Source: an uncultured Chloroflexia bacterium
Lineage (GTDB): Bacteria > Chloroflexota > Limnocylindria > QHBO01
Assembly (NCBI GenBank): GCA_963783495.1
Contig: CAWANT010000007.1
Coordinates: forward strand, 133,694-197,693
Reading direction: 5' to 3'
Length of the DNA stretch: 64,000 nt
The notes under the pieces were generated by a model. It did not search any database. It was not told where the DNA came from and worked only from the letters and a program-made list of their open reading frames with translations. Made by a program: the position numbers and the translations under genes. Below, in pieces: positions 51,851 through 63,465 of this stretch (its first letter is position 1; each line of letters begins with the position of its first letter).

Positions 51851-53970
51851 CGTGACCGGCCGGGAGCGACGCTCACGCCGCGTCGCCCTCCTGCTCCAGC
51901 GGCGGCGAACTCGTCCCGCATGCGGACCAGCTCGGGGCGGGCGGCCAGCGTCGGATCGGCGGCGACCAGCCCATCGGCCAGCTCGCGCGCCCGCTCGGCC
52001 AGGACCAGGTGCCGCGGCTCGAACAGGGAGGCCACCCGCAGCGGCGGCAGGCCCGACTGCCGCGTGCCGAGCAGGTTCCCCGCCCCGCGCAGGCGCAGGT
52101 CCTCCTCGGCGATGGCGAAGCCGTCCGACGAGCTCGCGGATCACCTCCAGCCGGCGGCGCGACAGCTCGTCGGCGGCATCCGAGACCAGGATGCAGAAGG
52201 ACCGATGCGGCCCGCGGCCGACCCGGCCGCGCAGCTGGTGCAGCTGCGCCAGGCCGAAGCGCTCGGCATCCTCGATCAGCATCACGCTGGCGTTCGGCAC
52301 GTCGATGCCGACCTCGATCACGGTGGTGGCCACCAGCACGTCCAGCTCGCCCGCGGCGAAGGCGCTGCATCGTCACGTCGCGATCGTCGGCGCGCTGCTG
52401 GCCGTGCACCAGCCCGATGCGCAGCTGCGGCAGGGCCTCGCTGCAGGCGGATCAGCTCGGCCTCGGCGCTGGCCACCGTCAGCGCCTCGCTCTCCGATAC
52501 CAGGGGCACGACCACGAAGCTCTGGCGTCCCTCCCCCGCCTCGGCGGCCATGAACGCCTCGATCTTCGGCAGCGCCGATCGGTCGCGCAGCTCGGTCCGG
52601 ATCGGCTGCCGGCCCGGCGGCAGGTCGCGCGATGGTCGAGATCGACAGGTCGCCGTAGAAGGTGAGCGCCAGCGTGCGCGGGATGGGCGTGGCGGTCAGC
52701 GCCAGCACGTGCGGCTCCAGCTCCCCGCCCTTGGCCTGCAGGGCGGCCCGCTGCGCCACGCCGAAGCGATGCTGCTCGTCGACCACGGCCAGCCCCAGCC
52801 TGGCGAACTCGACCGCCTCGCTGATGACCGCGTGGGTGCCGATCACGACCTCGGCCTCGCCCGCGGCGATGGCGGCATGGATCTCGCGCTTGCGCGCCGC
52901 GCGTCAGCGAGCCGGACAGGAACTCGGCGCGGACGCCCAGCGCCTCCAGCAGCGGCGCCAGGCCGTGGTGATGCTGCCGCGCCAGGATCTCGGTCGGTGC
53001 CATCAGCGCCGCCTGCCAGCCGGCGCGCACGGTGCCGGCCAGCGCCACCGCCGCGACCGCCGTCTTGCCGCTGCCGACGTCGCCCTGCAGCAGCCGGCGC
53101 ATCGGCCGATCGGCGGCCAGGTCGGCCACCACCTCGTCCACCGCCACGCGCTGGTCGTCGGTCAGGCTGAAGGGCAGCGCCGCCACCAGGCGCTCCTGCT
53201 CGTCGGGCGCGACCACGATCCGGGCGGCGCGTCAGGGCGGCTCGTGCCTCGCGGGCCTGCGCCAGGGTCAGCTGCAGCGCCAGCAGCTCGTCGAAGGCCA
53301 GCCGGTCGAGCGCCGCCGGCACGTCGGCCGCCTCCTCGGGGAAGTGGGCCGTATGCAGCGCATCGGCCAGGCCCGGCAGGCCGGCCCGCTCGCCATCGGT
53401 CAGCGGGTCGTCGAGGGCGGGCAGCGCCCGCTCCAGCACGCGGGCCAGCAGCTCGCGCACCCGCTTCTGGGTGACGCCGGACGACAGCCGGTAGACCGGC
53501 ACCACCCGCCCGGTGTGCAGCGACTCGTGGTCGGCCGCCGAGAACTCGGGCGACACGAACTGCGGCCGCCAGCCACGCAGCTGCACCTTGCCGCTGACCA
53601 GCAGCTCGGCACCCGGCCGCAGCCGGTTCTCGACGAAGCGCCGCCCGAACCAGATGGCCTCGGCGGTGCCGGTGTCGTCGGCCAGCTGGGCGATCACCCG
53701 CTGCGGACGGCGGCCGAATCCCTTCTCGATCTTCACGTCGGTGACCCGCACCCGTGCCGACTGCTTCTCGTCGGCCACCAGGTCGCGCAACGGCCGCAGC
53801 TCGCTGAAATCGTCGTAGCGGAACGGCAGGTAGAAGAGCGCGTCGCGCGGGGTCGCCACGTCCAAGCGTCCCAGCGCGGATGCGCCGCGCGCCAGCTCCG
53901 GCAGCACCGCCTTGATCGGCCGATCGAGGTCCTGCGCAGCGAGCGGACGGACCGCTGCCGAGACGCTCAT
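51841..53970 (-). CDS. recG: ATP-dependent DNA helicase RecG, about 6 frameshifts
   Basis: Wedge domain in ORF 52843..54225 from [10 protein letters not shown]. Helicase motifs are spread over ORFs 52479..53216 ([11 protein letters not shown]), 52373..52846 ([18 protein letters not shown]) and 50804..52339 ([25 protein letters not shown]). The end is in ORF 51841..52035. Confidence 0.9.
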
Positions 53971-53984
53971 GCCAGGCCGTCCGA

Positions 53985-54014
53985 TTGCACCGCCCGATCG
54001 TAGCGTGCTAGGAT
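53985..54014 (+). promoter_or_regulatory. candidate promoter of rpmB: TTGCAC, 18-nt spacer, TGCTAGGAT
   Basis: Lies in the divergent recG-rpmB spacer. The extended -10-like TGCTAGGAT (54006..54014) is related to the TGCTATACT motif. Confidence 0.4.
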
Positions 54015-54073
54015 CGGCCCGTTCCGGCGACGCCGAGGACGGTGCGCCGGTTCGTTCATGATTGGAGTTCCTC

Positions 54074-54265
54074 ATGGCACGCGTGTGCGATATCTGCGGC
54101 AAGAAGCCGATCACCGGCTGGAACCCGCAGTCGGTGGGGATGAACCGGAAGCGCGCCCTGCGCCGCTGGCTTCCCAACCTGCAGCCGATGATGGTCAGCC
54201 GCGAGGGCCGCATGGTCCGCGTCAAGGCCTGCTCGCGCTGCCGTCGAACCGCCGAGAAGGTCTAG
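54074..54265 (+). CDS. rpmB: 50S ribosomal protein L28
   Basis: [17 protein letters not shown]...RRWLPNLQ. The ATG at 54074 lies 6 nt after GGAG. Confidence 0.9.
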   Translation: MARVCDICGKKPITGWNPQSVGMNRKRALRRWLPNLQPMMVSREGRMVRVKACSRCRRTAEKV

Positions 54266-54753
54266 CTCCCCGGCCCACTAGCGACCGCTTCACTGTTCGG
54301 ACCGAGGTCGCGCGCCGAGTCCAGGACCAGGGTGAACGGGCCGTCGTTCACCAGCTCCACGTCCATCATCGCTCCGAAGCGGCCGGTTTCGACGCGGTGC
54401 CCGAGCGCGCGCAGGCGCTCCACGAACCGATCGACCAGCGGCGCGGCCGCATCCGGCAGCGCAGCGTCGGTAAAGCCGGGGCGCCGGCCTCGCCGCAGGT
54501 CGGCGTAGAGCGTGAACTGGCTGATCACCAGGAAGCTGCCGCCAGCATCGGCCAGGGTCAGGTTGGTGCGCCCATCGGCATCCGGGAAGTAGCGGAGGTC
54601 CGGCGAGCTTGTCGGCCATGCGATCCGCCAGCTGCCTCGTCATCGCCGGAGCCGATCCCCAGCAGGACCACGGCGCCCCGGCCCGATCTCGCCGACCACC
54701 TCCCCGTCCACGCGGACCGCAGCGCGGCTCACCCGCTGGACGACGAGCCGCAT
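54262..54753 (-). CDS. dtd: D-aminoacyl-tRNA deacylase, about 2 frameshifts
   Basis: Hand-translated start [26 protein letters not shown]. The middle is in ORF 54290..54643. The end is ORF 54262..54528 ([39 protein letters not shown]). Confidence 0.8.
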
Positions 54754-56349
54754 CAGCGCGCGGCGGTGGTGATGCCGGCGTCCTCGCCGTCCCGCGGCGG
54801 ACCCAGCGCCGACTCGGTGAAGAAGGCTCGAGCGTTCCAGATCATCCAGCCCTCGGCATCGTTGTCGCGCAGCGCCTTCATCTCGGCCTCTACGTCGGCC
54901 GCGGTATAGGCCCGAAACTCACCGTAGCCGAAGTCCTGGATCCACGGCCTGATCTTCATCGGCAGTCCCTTCGCCTGGTCATTCATGATCTCGAGGGTCT
55001 CGTCGATGACCTCGTAGGGGTGCTCATTCGGCACCGCGAAGCCGAAGGTGAACGGGCCGTAGTGGCTGGGGTACACCATCGGGCAGAAGTAATCGACGAA
55101 CGGCATGATCACCTCCGGTCGCTGGCCGATGCCCTGGTCGTCCGGCGCGATGAAGCTGATCGGGAAGACATCGGCCCCCAAGAAGGCGTGGGTGGTCGCC
55201 AGCCGGTCGCTGACGACGCGGAAAAGGCGCTGAATGGCCGGCAGGCGGAAGGACTGCGTGTTGGGCAGGTTCGGGTCGGCCACCGCGTAGTCACCGTCGC
55301 TGAAGAAGCGGACGTAGTCCGAGCTGGACTTCGTCGAAGCCCTTGTCGGCCAGGTCACCCGCGATGGCGGCGATGTACTCGGCCACGCCGGGATTGAACG
55401 GGTCGAGCCAGATGCCGCCCCCGAAGTCATGCCACGGGCCGCCGGTCGCCGAGTTGCGCACCGCCAGCTCCGGTCTTGATGCCCCGACCGTGTTGTCCTT
55501 CATGACCACCATCCGCGCGATGGTGTAGATGCCTCGCTCCTCGAGCCGCGGCAGCAGCTGCTCCAGCTCGAAGATCGGTCGCCGATCCGCGCCGGAGCGC
55601 TCCGCTTCCGGCAGGTTCGTCTCGTAGTAGAGGTAGCCGCCCGTCTCCTTCACGTCGATCACCATGGCGTTCGCCTCCGTCCGATCGATCAGGCGAAGCA
55701 GGTCGTCCAGGCGCCCGGCGCCCTCGAACACGGCCCCTGGCGCGTACAACGCGCGAGCCTCGAAGGGCTGGAGCGCCACATCCGCAGTGGCCGAGCCGTC
55801 CAGCGGGACCTCGGCCAGGCGATAGCCGGCCAGCTTGACGATCAGGGTGCCCTGCTCCGGCACGCCGGGAAGGGCGTACGCGCCGCGCTCGTCGGACCGC
55901 ACCCAGGTCGTCTGGCCGTCCACGAACACGCGGGCGCCGGCCACCGGGTCGCCGGCCTGGTCGGAGATGGTGCCGCTGACCACGTTCGAGCGCAGGGTCA
56001 GCGTCAGATCGCCCTCGTCCGGCACGGTGCCGGAGGCCGGGTCGTAGCCGTCGGCGGTCGCTGCCACTTCCGCTCCGCGCGGCGCAGTGACCAGGGCCGT
56101 GCCGTCGGCGCCGGTGACGGCGGTGACGTCGCCGACGGTGAGGGTGGCGCCTGCGATCGGTTCGGACGAGCCCTGCTGCACCGCGATCACAGTCAGCTCG
56201 CGCGGCTGGGCGGTGGGATCCGTGGTGGGAACGAACGGGAGTTGAACCGAATCGCCGCACGCTGCCAGCAGCACGGCGATGACCAGGAGGGCAGCGATCG
56301 GTGGGGACGCGGCGCGGGTCAGTGATCGGCTCCGAAACGGGTGGCGCAC
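54753..56349 (-). CDS. lipoprotein with Ig-like/carboxypeptidase-regulatory-like region and putative glycoside hydrolase (DUF4015-like) domain, one frameshift
   Basis: GTG at 56349, then a signal with lipobox LLAACGDS. A beta-sandwich-like segment (GTISDQAGDPVAGARVFVDG) follows. The hydrolase-like part is MVIDVKE, IARMVVMKD, GGIWLDPFNPGV, then DYVRF...CPMVYPSHY (ORF 54753..55430). The frame switches around 55325. Confidence 0.7.
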
Positions 56350-56366
56350 ATGATGCCCGATTCGGC

Positions 56367-57069
56367 TCAACCGCCGATCGGCATCGAGGCATCCGAGGCC
56401 AGTGCCGCGTCTCGCAGCGCGTCGACTATCGGCCGCAGGTCGCCGCTGGTGGCATACAGCGCCTTGCCCGTGACCAGCACGTCGCCGCCCGCGCGCGTGC
56501 GCTGGACCGATGGTCTCCAGGTTGACGCCGCCGTCCACGCCGATCGGCAGGTCGAGCCCGCGCGCCTCCGCCTCCCGGCGCAGCGCGGCGAGCTTCGGCA
56601 GCACCTCGACCATGAACGGCTGTCCGCCCCAGCCCGGGTTGACGGTCATGACCAGCAGCAAGTCGATCCGATCCAGGAACGGATGCGCGGCGTCAGCCGG
56701 CGTCTCCGGGTTGATGGCCAGGCCGGCCCGCTTGCCGGCGGCACGGATGGCGCCGATCACGGCCGTCCGGGTCGTCGTCGCGCCTCCAGGTGGAAGATGA
56801 CGAGGTCACTCCCCGCCTCCGCGAACGCCTCGCACGTACTGCAGCGGGCGGCTGATCATCAGGTGGCTGTGGAACGGCAGCTGCGAGTGCGGCCGCACCG
56901 CCTCGACCACGACCGGACCCATGGTGATGTTGCGCACGAAATGGCCGTCCATGACGTCCAGATGGATCGAGTCCACGCCGCCGGCGTCGGCGCGCCGCAC
57001 CTCGTCGCCGAGCCGGGCGAAATTGGCGTTCAGGATGCTGGCGCTGATCTGCGGCGGGCGGCGGCTCAC
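56367..57069 (-). CDS. rpe: ribulose-phosphate 3-epimerase, about 3 frameshifts
   Basis: GTG at 57069 overlaps the rlmN stop. Motifs: ISASILNANFARLGDEV, IHLDVMDGHFVRNITMG (ORF 56806..57222) and LLLVMTVNPGWGGQPF (start of ORF 55291..56760). The hand-translated end is GGDVLVTGKALY...MPIGG*. Confidence 0.85.
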
Positions 57070-58232
57070 GACGCGACGACCTGAGGCTCGCGTCCGCGAC
57101 GCGTCGGCGCCGCCGGCAGGTCGCGGCCCGCAAGCTGCGCGTGCAGCTGGCCGCAGGCCGCCTCGATCTCGCGACCACGCGTATCGCGCACGGTGACCGG
57201 GACGCCGAGCGGCGCTCAGCACGCCGGCAAAGGCGGCAACGCGTGCCGGTGGCGTGCCGCTCCAGCGCGAGCCAGGGGTCGGGTTCAGCGGGATGAGGTT
57301 GACGTGGCTGCGCCAGCCAGTGGCCAGCGTCGGCCAGGCGCTCGGCCTGCTCCAGGCTGTCGTTCATGCCGTCGATCATCACGTACTCGAGGCTCACCCG
57401 GCGGCCGGTCCGCGCCGCGAAGCGACGCCCCGCCGAGACCAGCACGTCCAAGCGGCCACTTGCGGTTCAGCGGCACCAGCTCGTCGCGGAGGCCGTCGTC
57501 GGCCGCATGCAGGCTGATGGCCAGGTTGACCTGCGGCAGCTCGTCGATCATGCGATCGATCCCCGGCACCACGCCCGACGTGCTGACCGTGATGTGGCGC
57601 GCACCGATCCCCAGCCGTTCTGGGTCGTTCAGGAGGCGCACCGCCTCGAACACGCGGTCGGTGTTGTTGAGCGGCTCGCCCATGCCCATGAAGACGACGT
57701 TGTAGGTCCCGCTGCGCGACCCGGGCCGCCAGTCGGCGCCCAGCGCCAGCCACGGGTGGCGATGCCAGTGCAGCACCTGGTCGACGATCTCGCCAGGCGT
57801 CAGCTGCCGCCCGAACCCGGCCTGGCCGGTCGCGCAGAACGGACAGCCGACCGCGCAGCCGGCCTGGCTGGAGATGCAGATGGTGGTGCGTGGCGCCGAG
57901 CCGCGGCGACCGGGATAGCGCATCAGCACCGACTCGACCCGCTGGCCGTCGGCCAGCTCGTGCACCGCCTTGGCGGTCAGGCCACCATCGGCCTCCAGCA
58001 CGTGGCTGCCGCGGATGGTGCCGAAGCGGAAGGATCGGTCCAGGCCCTGGCGTAGGTTGAGGGGCAGGTCCGAGATCTCGCCGAAGCCCGTCACCTCCGG
58101 CCGGTGCACGCCCGTCATGATCTGGGCAGCCCGATACGCAGGCTCGCCGCGGGCCTCGAGCCACGCGGCGAGCGACGGTGTTGGAACCTCGCTGATCGCC
58201 GGCAACGGGCCGGCGAGCGGCAGGTCAGTCAC
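57066..58232 (-). CDS. rlmN: 23S rRNA/tRNA (adenine-C2)-methyltransferase RlmN (radical SAM), about 3 frameshifts
   Basis: ORF 57285..58232 (YRAAQI, ICISSQAGCAVGCPFCATGQ, FMGMGEPL, ITVSTSG, LAISLHA) continues in ORFs 56693..57451 and 56806..57222. Confidence 0.85.
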
Positions 58233-58969
58233 GCCGACCGACGATCAGCATCAGGTAGTACAGGAACGTGAGCAGCGCGGTCAGCGCCGCGGCCACGTAC
58301 GTCCAGGCCGCGGCCTTGAGCACGTCGCGCGCGCCGGTCTGCTTCTCGCCCTGGATGCCCAGGTGCGACACGAAGGCCAGCGCCTTGCCGGACGCGCCGA
58401 TCTCGACCGGGAGCGTCACGAAGGTGAAGATCACCGCCGCGCCGAAGGCGATCAGCCCGATCCAAGCCAACCCGAACAGGTTGAAGATCAGGCCGCCGAT
58501 GATCAGCCACGGGCCCGATGCTGGAGCCGATCTGCACCGCCGGCACGATCGCCTGGCGCACGCTCATCCACGGATCGCGCTCGCGATCCTGCAGCGCGTG
58601 TCCAACCTCGTGGGCGATCACCGCGGCTGCGGCCACGGAGAGGCCGGGCGATGCCGGGACGCCCAGCATCTGGTTGGTCGGATCGTAGTTGCCGAGCTCC
58701 GGCTTGCCGGCGACGGTGCTGCTCACGCGCAGCACCTTGCCGCGCGGGTCGTAGTGATCGGTCAGCTGACCGGGGACAGGCTCGATGCGCACGTCCGTCA
58801 GACCCTGCCGGTCCAGGAGCCGTCGGGCAAAGTCGAATGCGGAGAGTTGGATGCCAGAGTCGACCTTCGACCACTTGGCATAGGTCGAGCGCACGCGCCA
58901 CGCGGCCCAGCCGGTGATCGCGATGCTCGGAATGAACACCAGCAGGATGTAGGGCAGGAAACCACCCAT
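58225..58969 (-). CDS. membrane zinc metallopeptidase (YugP / Zn_peptidase_2-like), one frameshift
   Basis: ORF 58229..58969 (N-terminal TM, AHEVGHALQ) joins ORF 58225..58470 (C-terminal TM helices). The frame switches around 58505. Confidence 0.8.
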
Positions 58970-59003
58970 CGCTTTGTCTTGCTACCTCCTTGGGAGCGTT
59001 TCG

Positions 59004-59009
59004 AGTATA
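59004..59009 (-). promoter_or_regulatory. TATACT -10-like box upstream of the zinc peptidase gene
   Basis: Minus-strand TATACT lies about 35 nt upstream of the ATG at 58969, with GGAGG between them. It sits in a divergent intergenic region. Confidence 0.3.
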
Positions 59010-59113
59010 TCCCAGCCTTGGTGAAGGCCCGATTCGCGGCCGATGAAGACCGCGTATCCGTTCGGCACGGGTCGTGCGGTGGAACATCTCGGACCCAGCA
59101 TTGCGAGGGACGA

Positions 59114-59578
59114 ATGAGAAAGTCACGACTATTGAGCGCGGGCGTTGGCGCCGCCGTGGGCGGCACGGCGGCCTTCCTCCTCGATCCCGACCGCGGCCGC
59201 GCACGGCGGGCGCAGCTGATCGATCGAGCTGCTGCGCTCGGGCGCCACGCTCTGCGCACCGGCGAGCGCAAGGCGCGATTCGCGCGGTCCTGGCTTGCCG
59301 GGAAGGCTGACGCGATCCGCTCGCTTGGCGAGGCCGGCGAGTGGGCGAACGACGCCACGCTCAAGGAGCGCGTGGAGAGCGAGCTGCTTGGCGATCCGAA
59401 GGTGCCGAAGGGCGCCATCAACATCAACGCCGAGCAGGGCATCGTGGTGCTCCGCGGCGAGGTGCCCACCGACAAGATGCGCGAGAAGCTGGCCATCCGC
59501 GCCGGCGAGATCGAAGGTGTCTGGTACGTCGAGAACCTGCTGCACCTGCCGGGCGAGCCGGCGCCAACCGTTCGTTAG
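59114..59578 (+). CDS. BON domain-containing protein
   Basis: Tail of ORF 58268..59578 from MRKSRLLSAGVGAAVGGTAAF. BON-like LKERVESELLGDPKVPKGAININAEQGIVVLRGEVPTDKMRE. Confidence 0.75.
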   Translation: MRKSRLLSAGVGAAVGGTAAFLLDPDRGRARRAQLIDRAAALGRHALRTGERKARFARSWLAGKADAIRSLGEAGEWANDATLKERVESELLGDPKVPKGAININAEQGIVVLRGEVPTDKMREKLAIRAGEIEGVWYVENLLHLPGEPAPTVR

Positions 59579-59581
59579 GCG

Positions 59582-60541
59582 CTAGCCGCTCTTCTGCGGG
59601 TCCGGTCCGCCGGCCCCGAGCAGCACGTGGTCACGACCCAGCCCACGCCGCCACGCGTCGGCTGCCATGGCCGGCCGGCCCGCCGGCTGCACGACGTCCA
59701 GGGCCAGCGCACCCTGCTCCGTGGCGACCTCCGGCCAGGGGCCCGGCAGCAACGCGCCCACCGGCATCCCGTCAATGCCGGCCGTCGGGTGGGCAGCCCG
59801 GACATGCAGCCGCTTCCCATCGATGGTGGTCCACGCTCCCGGCCACGGCTGCAGCGCGCGCACCTGGCGATCGAGCAGCTCAGCCGGCTTCCGCCAATCC
59901 AGCCAGCCATCGGCCCGATGGAACGGCTTGATCAGGGTCGCCTGCTTCGCATCCTGGGGCGCGGGCTCGAGCGTGGCGCTCGCCCAGCGCGCGAGCACCG
60001 GCGGAACCACGTCCGCCGCCATCTCGGACAGCCGCGCCTCGAGCTGCGGCGTCGTCTCTCGGCCGGTCAGCGTCACCGGCCACTGCGCCACGATCGGCCC
60101 CGCATCCAGCTCGGGCGTCATGACCATCAGGCTGATGCCGCCGATCGTGTCGCCGGCCAGGATGGTGGAGGCCACCGGCGCCGCGCCGCGGTGCCGCGGC
60201 AGCAGCGACGGATGGACGTTCAACGGGGGGCGCTCCCCCAGCTCCAGGAGGTGATCCGGCACCAGCTGGCCGTAGGCGACGAGCAGGAGCCCGTCGGGGG
60301 CGAACCGGGCCAGCGCCGCTCGTGCCTCGTCCGAGCGTAGCCGTCGCGGAGTCTCGACCGGCAGGTCGTGCTCACGCGCCCATCCCGCGATCGGCGACGG
60401 CCGCGACTGCAGCCCGCGCCCGGCCGGGCGGTCCGGCTGGCTGACCACCAGCAGCGCATCGGTCACTTCCGCCAGGCGAGCGAGCAGCGGGACACCGAAC
60501 GGGCCGGTGCCCAGGAAGGCGACCCGGCCCAGGTTGCTCAC
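59582..60541 (-). CDS. fmt: methionyl-tRNA formyltransferase
   Basis: ORF 59582..60685 from GTG at 60541: VAFLGTGPFGVP, SQPDRPAGRG, NVHPSLLPRHRGAAP, and the C-terminal domain. Confidence 0.9.
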   Translation of the reverse strand: MSNLGRVAFLGTGPFGVPLLARLAEVTDALLVVSQPDRPAGRGLQSRPSPIAGWAREHDLPVETPRRLRSDEARAALARFAPDGLLLVAYGQLVPDHLLELGERPPLNVHPSLLPRHRGAAPVASTILAGDTIGGISLMVMTPELDAGPIVAQWPVTLTGRETTPQLEARLSEMAADVVPPVLARWASATLEPAPQDAKQATLIKPFHRADGWLDWRKPAELLDRQVRALQPWPGAWTTIDGKRLHVRAAHPTAGIDGMPVGALLPGPWPEVATEQGALALDVVQPAGRPAMAADAWRRGLGRDHVLLGAGGPDPQKSG

Positions 60542-60557
60542 CGGCGAACGCTCGTCA

Positions 60558-61070
60558 CTAGATGCCCGCGGTCGTCTCTTCCTCGATCTCCGCGTGCTCG
60601 CTGACGCGCACCAGCTCCTCCAGCGACTCGAGGTAGTCGATGTAGAGCACGCCGTTGAGATGGTCGATCTCGTGCTGCAGCGCACGGGCGAACAGGTCCT
60701 GGGCCTTGACTCGGAACTCCTTGCCGCGGCGGTCCTTGGCCTTGACAGTCACCTTCGCGGAGCGGGTCACCTCGGCCACGAAGCCCGGGATGGACAGGCA
60801 GCCCTCCCAGTCCACGATCTCGCCTGATGCCTTGACGAGCTGCGGGTTGATCAGCTCGGTGATCTTGTCCTCGAGCTCGATCACCGCGACCTGGAGCGGC
60901 ACGCCGATCTGGTTGGCCGCCAGCCCGATGCCCGGGGCATCGCGCATCGTCTCCAGCATGTCGTCGAGCAGGCGATCGAGCGAGGCATCGAACTGAGTGA
61001 CCTTCCTGGCACGCTCGCGGAGGATCGGCTCCTCGGCGGTCAGGATGCGGCGGATGACCATGGTCGCCAT
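60558..61070 (-). CDS. def: peptide deformylase
   Basis: Intact 170-aa ORF: GIGLAANQIG, EGCLSIPG, HEIDHLNG. Confidence 0.95.
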   Translation of the reverse strand: MATMVIRRILTAEEPILRERARKVTQFDASLDRLLDDMLETMRDAPGIGLAANQIGVPLQVAVIELEDKITELINPQLVKASGEIVDWEGCLSIPGFVAEVTRSAKVTVKAKDRRGKEFRVKAQDLFARALQHEIDHLNGVLYIDYLESLEELVRVSEHAEIEEETTAGI

Positions 61071-61081
61071 TCTACCGATGG

Positions 61082-63454
61082 CTACAGGAGCGACTCCGGG
61101 TCCACGTCGATGGCCACGCCGGGCGGCACGCGCTCCAACGCCGCGGACCGCGCCGAAATGTCCTGCGCGCGCAGCACGACCTGGAAACGCCAGCGTCCTG
61201 CGCGGCGGCTCACATACGAGGGCAGCGGTCCGTGGACCTCGACACCGGGCACGCGCACCGCCTCGGCCGCGGCCCGCCCACGGGACTCGGCACGCTCACG
61301 GTCCGGATCGGCGATGAGCAGCCGTGCCAGGACCGTGGCCGGCGGATAGCCGAGCAGCTTGCGGCGCACCAGCTCCTCGTCAGCGAAGCCATCGACGTCC
61401 AGGCGGGCCGCGGCCCGTACTGCGTAATGGTCGGCGGCGTAGGTCTGGATGATGACGCGCCCCGGCATCGGTCCCCGGCCCGCGCGCCCGGCGACCTGGG
61501 CCAGCAGCTGGAAGGTCCGCTCCGGCGCCAGGTAGTCCGGCAGGTTGAGCGTCACGTCGGCCGCGATCACGGCGGCCAGTGTCACGGTCGGCAGGTCAAG
61601 GCCCTTGGCCGCCAGCTGCGTGCCGACCAGGACGTCGATGCGGCCATCGCGCAAGTCGTCGTAGATCGATTCGAAGCCGCGTCGCGCGGCCAGCGCGTCC
61701 GAGTCAAGGCGGGCAATTCGCAGGTGTGGGAAGGCGCTCCGCAGCTCGGCCTCGACCCGCTGCGTCCCGGCGCCGAAGTAGCGAATCCGATTGGAGCCGC
61801 AGTGGGGGCATCGTTCCGGTGGCGGGGTCGAGCGTCCGCAGTGGTGGCAGCGCAGCTGCTCACCGGTGGAGTGATAGACGAACGGCAGGTCGCAGTCGGG
61901 GCAGCGCAGGCTCTCGCCGCAGTCGCGGCACAGGATGAAGGTGGAGGCGCCGCGTCGGTTCATCAGCAGGATCGCCTGCTCGGTCCCCGGTCGGAGGTCG
62001 CGGAGGGCGGCGTGCAGCAGCCGCGAGAAGATCGAGCGGTTGCCCTCCGACAGCTCATCCCGCAGGTCGACCAGCTCGATCCGCGGGACCTTTCCAACGC
62101 GACGCTCGTGCAGCACGCTGCGCTCCACCAGCCCGCCGCGCACTCGCGCCAGCGTCACGACGTCGGGCGTGGCGGTGCCGAACACCGCCCGGCCCTTGCC
62201 CAGGACTGCGCGACGGCGCGCCACCCAGCGCGCGTCGTAGCGCGGCGTGCGATCCGACTTGAATCCGGCGTCGTGCGCCTCGTCGACGACCACCAGCACC
62301 CGACCGGAAAGCGGCGCGAAGATCGCGGTCCGCGTGCCGACCACCACGCGAGCCTCCCCGCGCAGGATCCGCCACCATTCGTCATGGCGCTCCCCCGCCG
62401 ACAGGCCGGAGTGCAGCACCGCCAGCTGCGTCGCCGACCAGCCCATGCAGCCGATCCGCCAGCTGCGGGATCAGCGACACTTCCGGCACCAGCATGATCG
62501 CGCACTCGCCGCGTCGCAGCGCCGCGTCGATGGCCGCCATGTAGACGTCTGTCTTGCCCGCCGCCGCCACACCCTCCAGCAGCAGCTCTCCACCGGGCGC
62601 CAGCGTCTCGATGGCGGCCAGCGCGGCCCGTTGCTCCTCCGCCAGGTCATGGGTTGGAGGAGCCGATGGCTCGCGGTGCGCCAGCGGGTCCCGCTCGACG
62701 TCGCGCCAGTCCAGCTCCGCGGCGCCGATCGCCACCAGCCGCCGTGCCGGCGCGAGCAACGACCCGCCATCGACCCCCAGCTCGTCCGCCAGCTCGGGCA
62801 GCGTCCGCTCGCCGTCGGCCACCGCCGACAGCAGGGCCTGCTGGACCGGTGCGCCGCTTCCGCGGCGCCGAGCCGCCCGCAACCGCCCGCAGGACGCGGA
62901 CGCGCCGCGCCGTCACCTCCGGCGGGCGAAGCGCCCAGCGCGGGCGAACCGCGCCACTGCGACGCAGGCGCTCGAGCCACTGGTCGCGGCCGCGTTTCGG
63001 CGCCAGCCGCATCAGGGCCGTGTCGGTCACCACGCCCATCGTCCGCCGGCAAGGCGGCGAGCTCATCGGGCAGGTTCGCCGTCAACAGCTATCTGCCAGC
63101 GCCGATCCAGCCGCGACTCCAGCCCGGGCGGCAGCATCGCCGCGACGGTGGTGCCGACCGGCGCCCGATAGTAGGCCGCGATCTCCTCGGCCAGGGTCGA
63201 GCAGCTCCGGCGTCAGCATCGGCGCCGAGACCACCGCCTCGACGTCGCGCAGCTCCTGGTCCGGGTCGAGCTCGTCCGGAGCGCCGGCCATGAAGGTAGC
63301 CGAGCGCCAGCCGATGCCCATAGGGCACCAGCACCAGCGAGCCAGGCTCGGCGCGATCACGCAGCTCGGCGGGCAGGCGGTAGGTGAACGTACGCTCCGG
63401 CCGGTCGGCGATGGCATCGACCGCGACCCGAACCACGTCGGTGGCGAGCTCCAC
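61082..63454 (-). CDS. priA: primosomal protein N' (PriA helicase), about 4 frameshifts
   Basis: N-terminus in ORF 63089..63454 (VVRVAVDAIADRPERTFTYRLP). Walker A GVAAAGKTDVY is in ORF 62382..62882. ORF 61082..62446 has VVDEAHD and the Cys-rich zinc region CRDCGESLRCPDCDLPFVYH...CHHCG...CPHCGS. Confidence 0.85.
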
Positions 63455-63465
63455 GGGGCGAGCCG

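Noticed and set aside
51841-53970. Frameshifts in recG, and in other genes, as programmed ribosomal frameshifting or genuine pseudogenes.
   Set aside because: There are far too many of them (about 70), spread over dozens of essential genes. I noticed no slippery-site or downstream-structure pattern. At least one resolves to a homopolymer length error.
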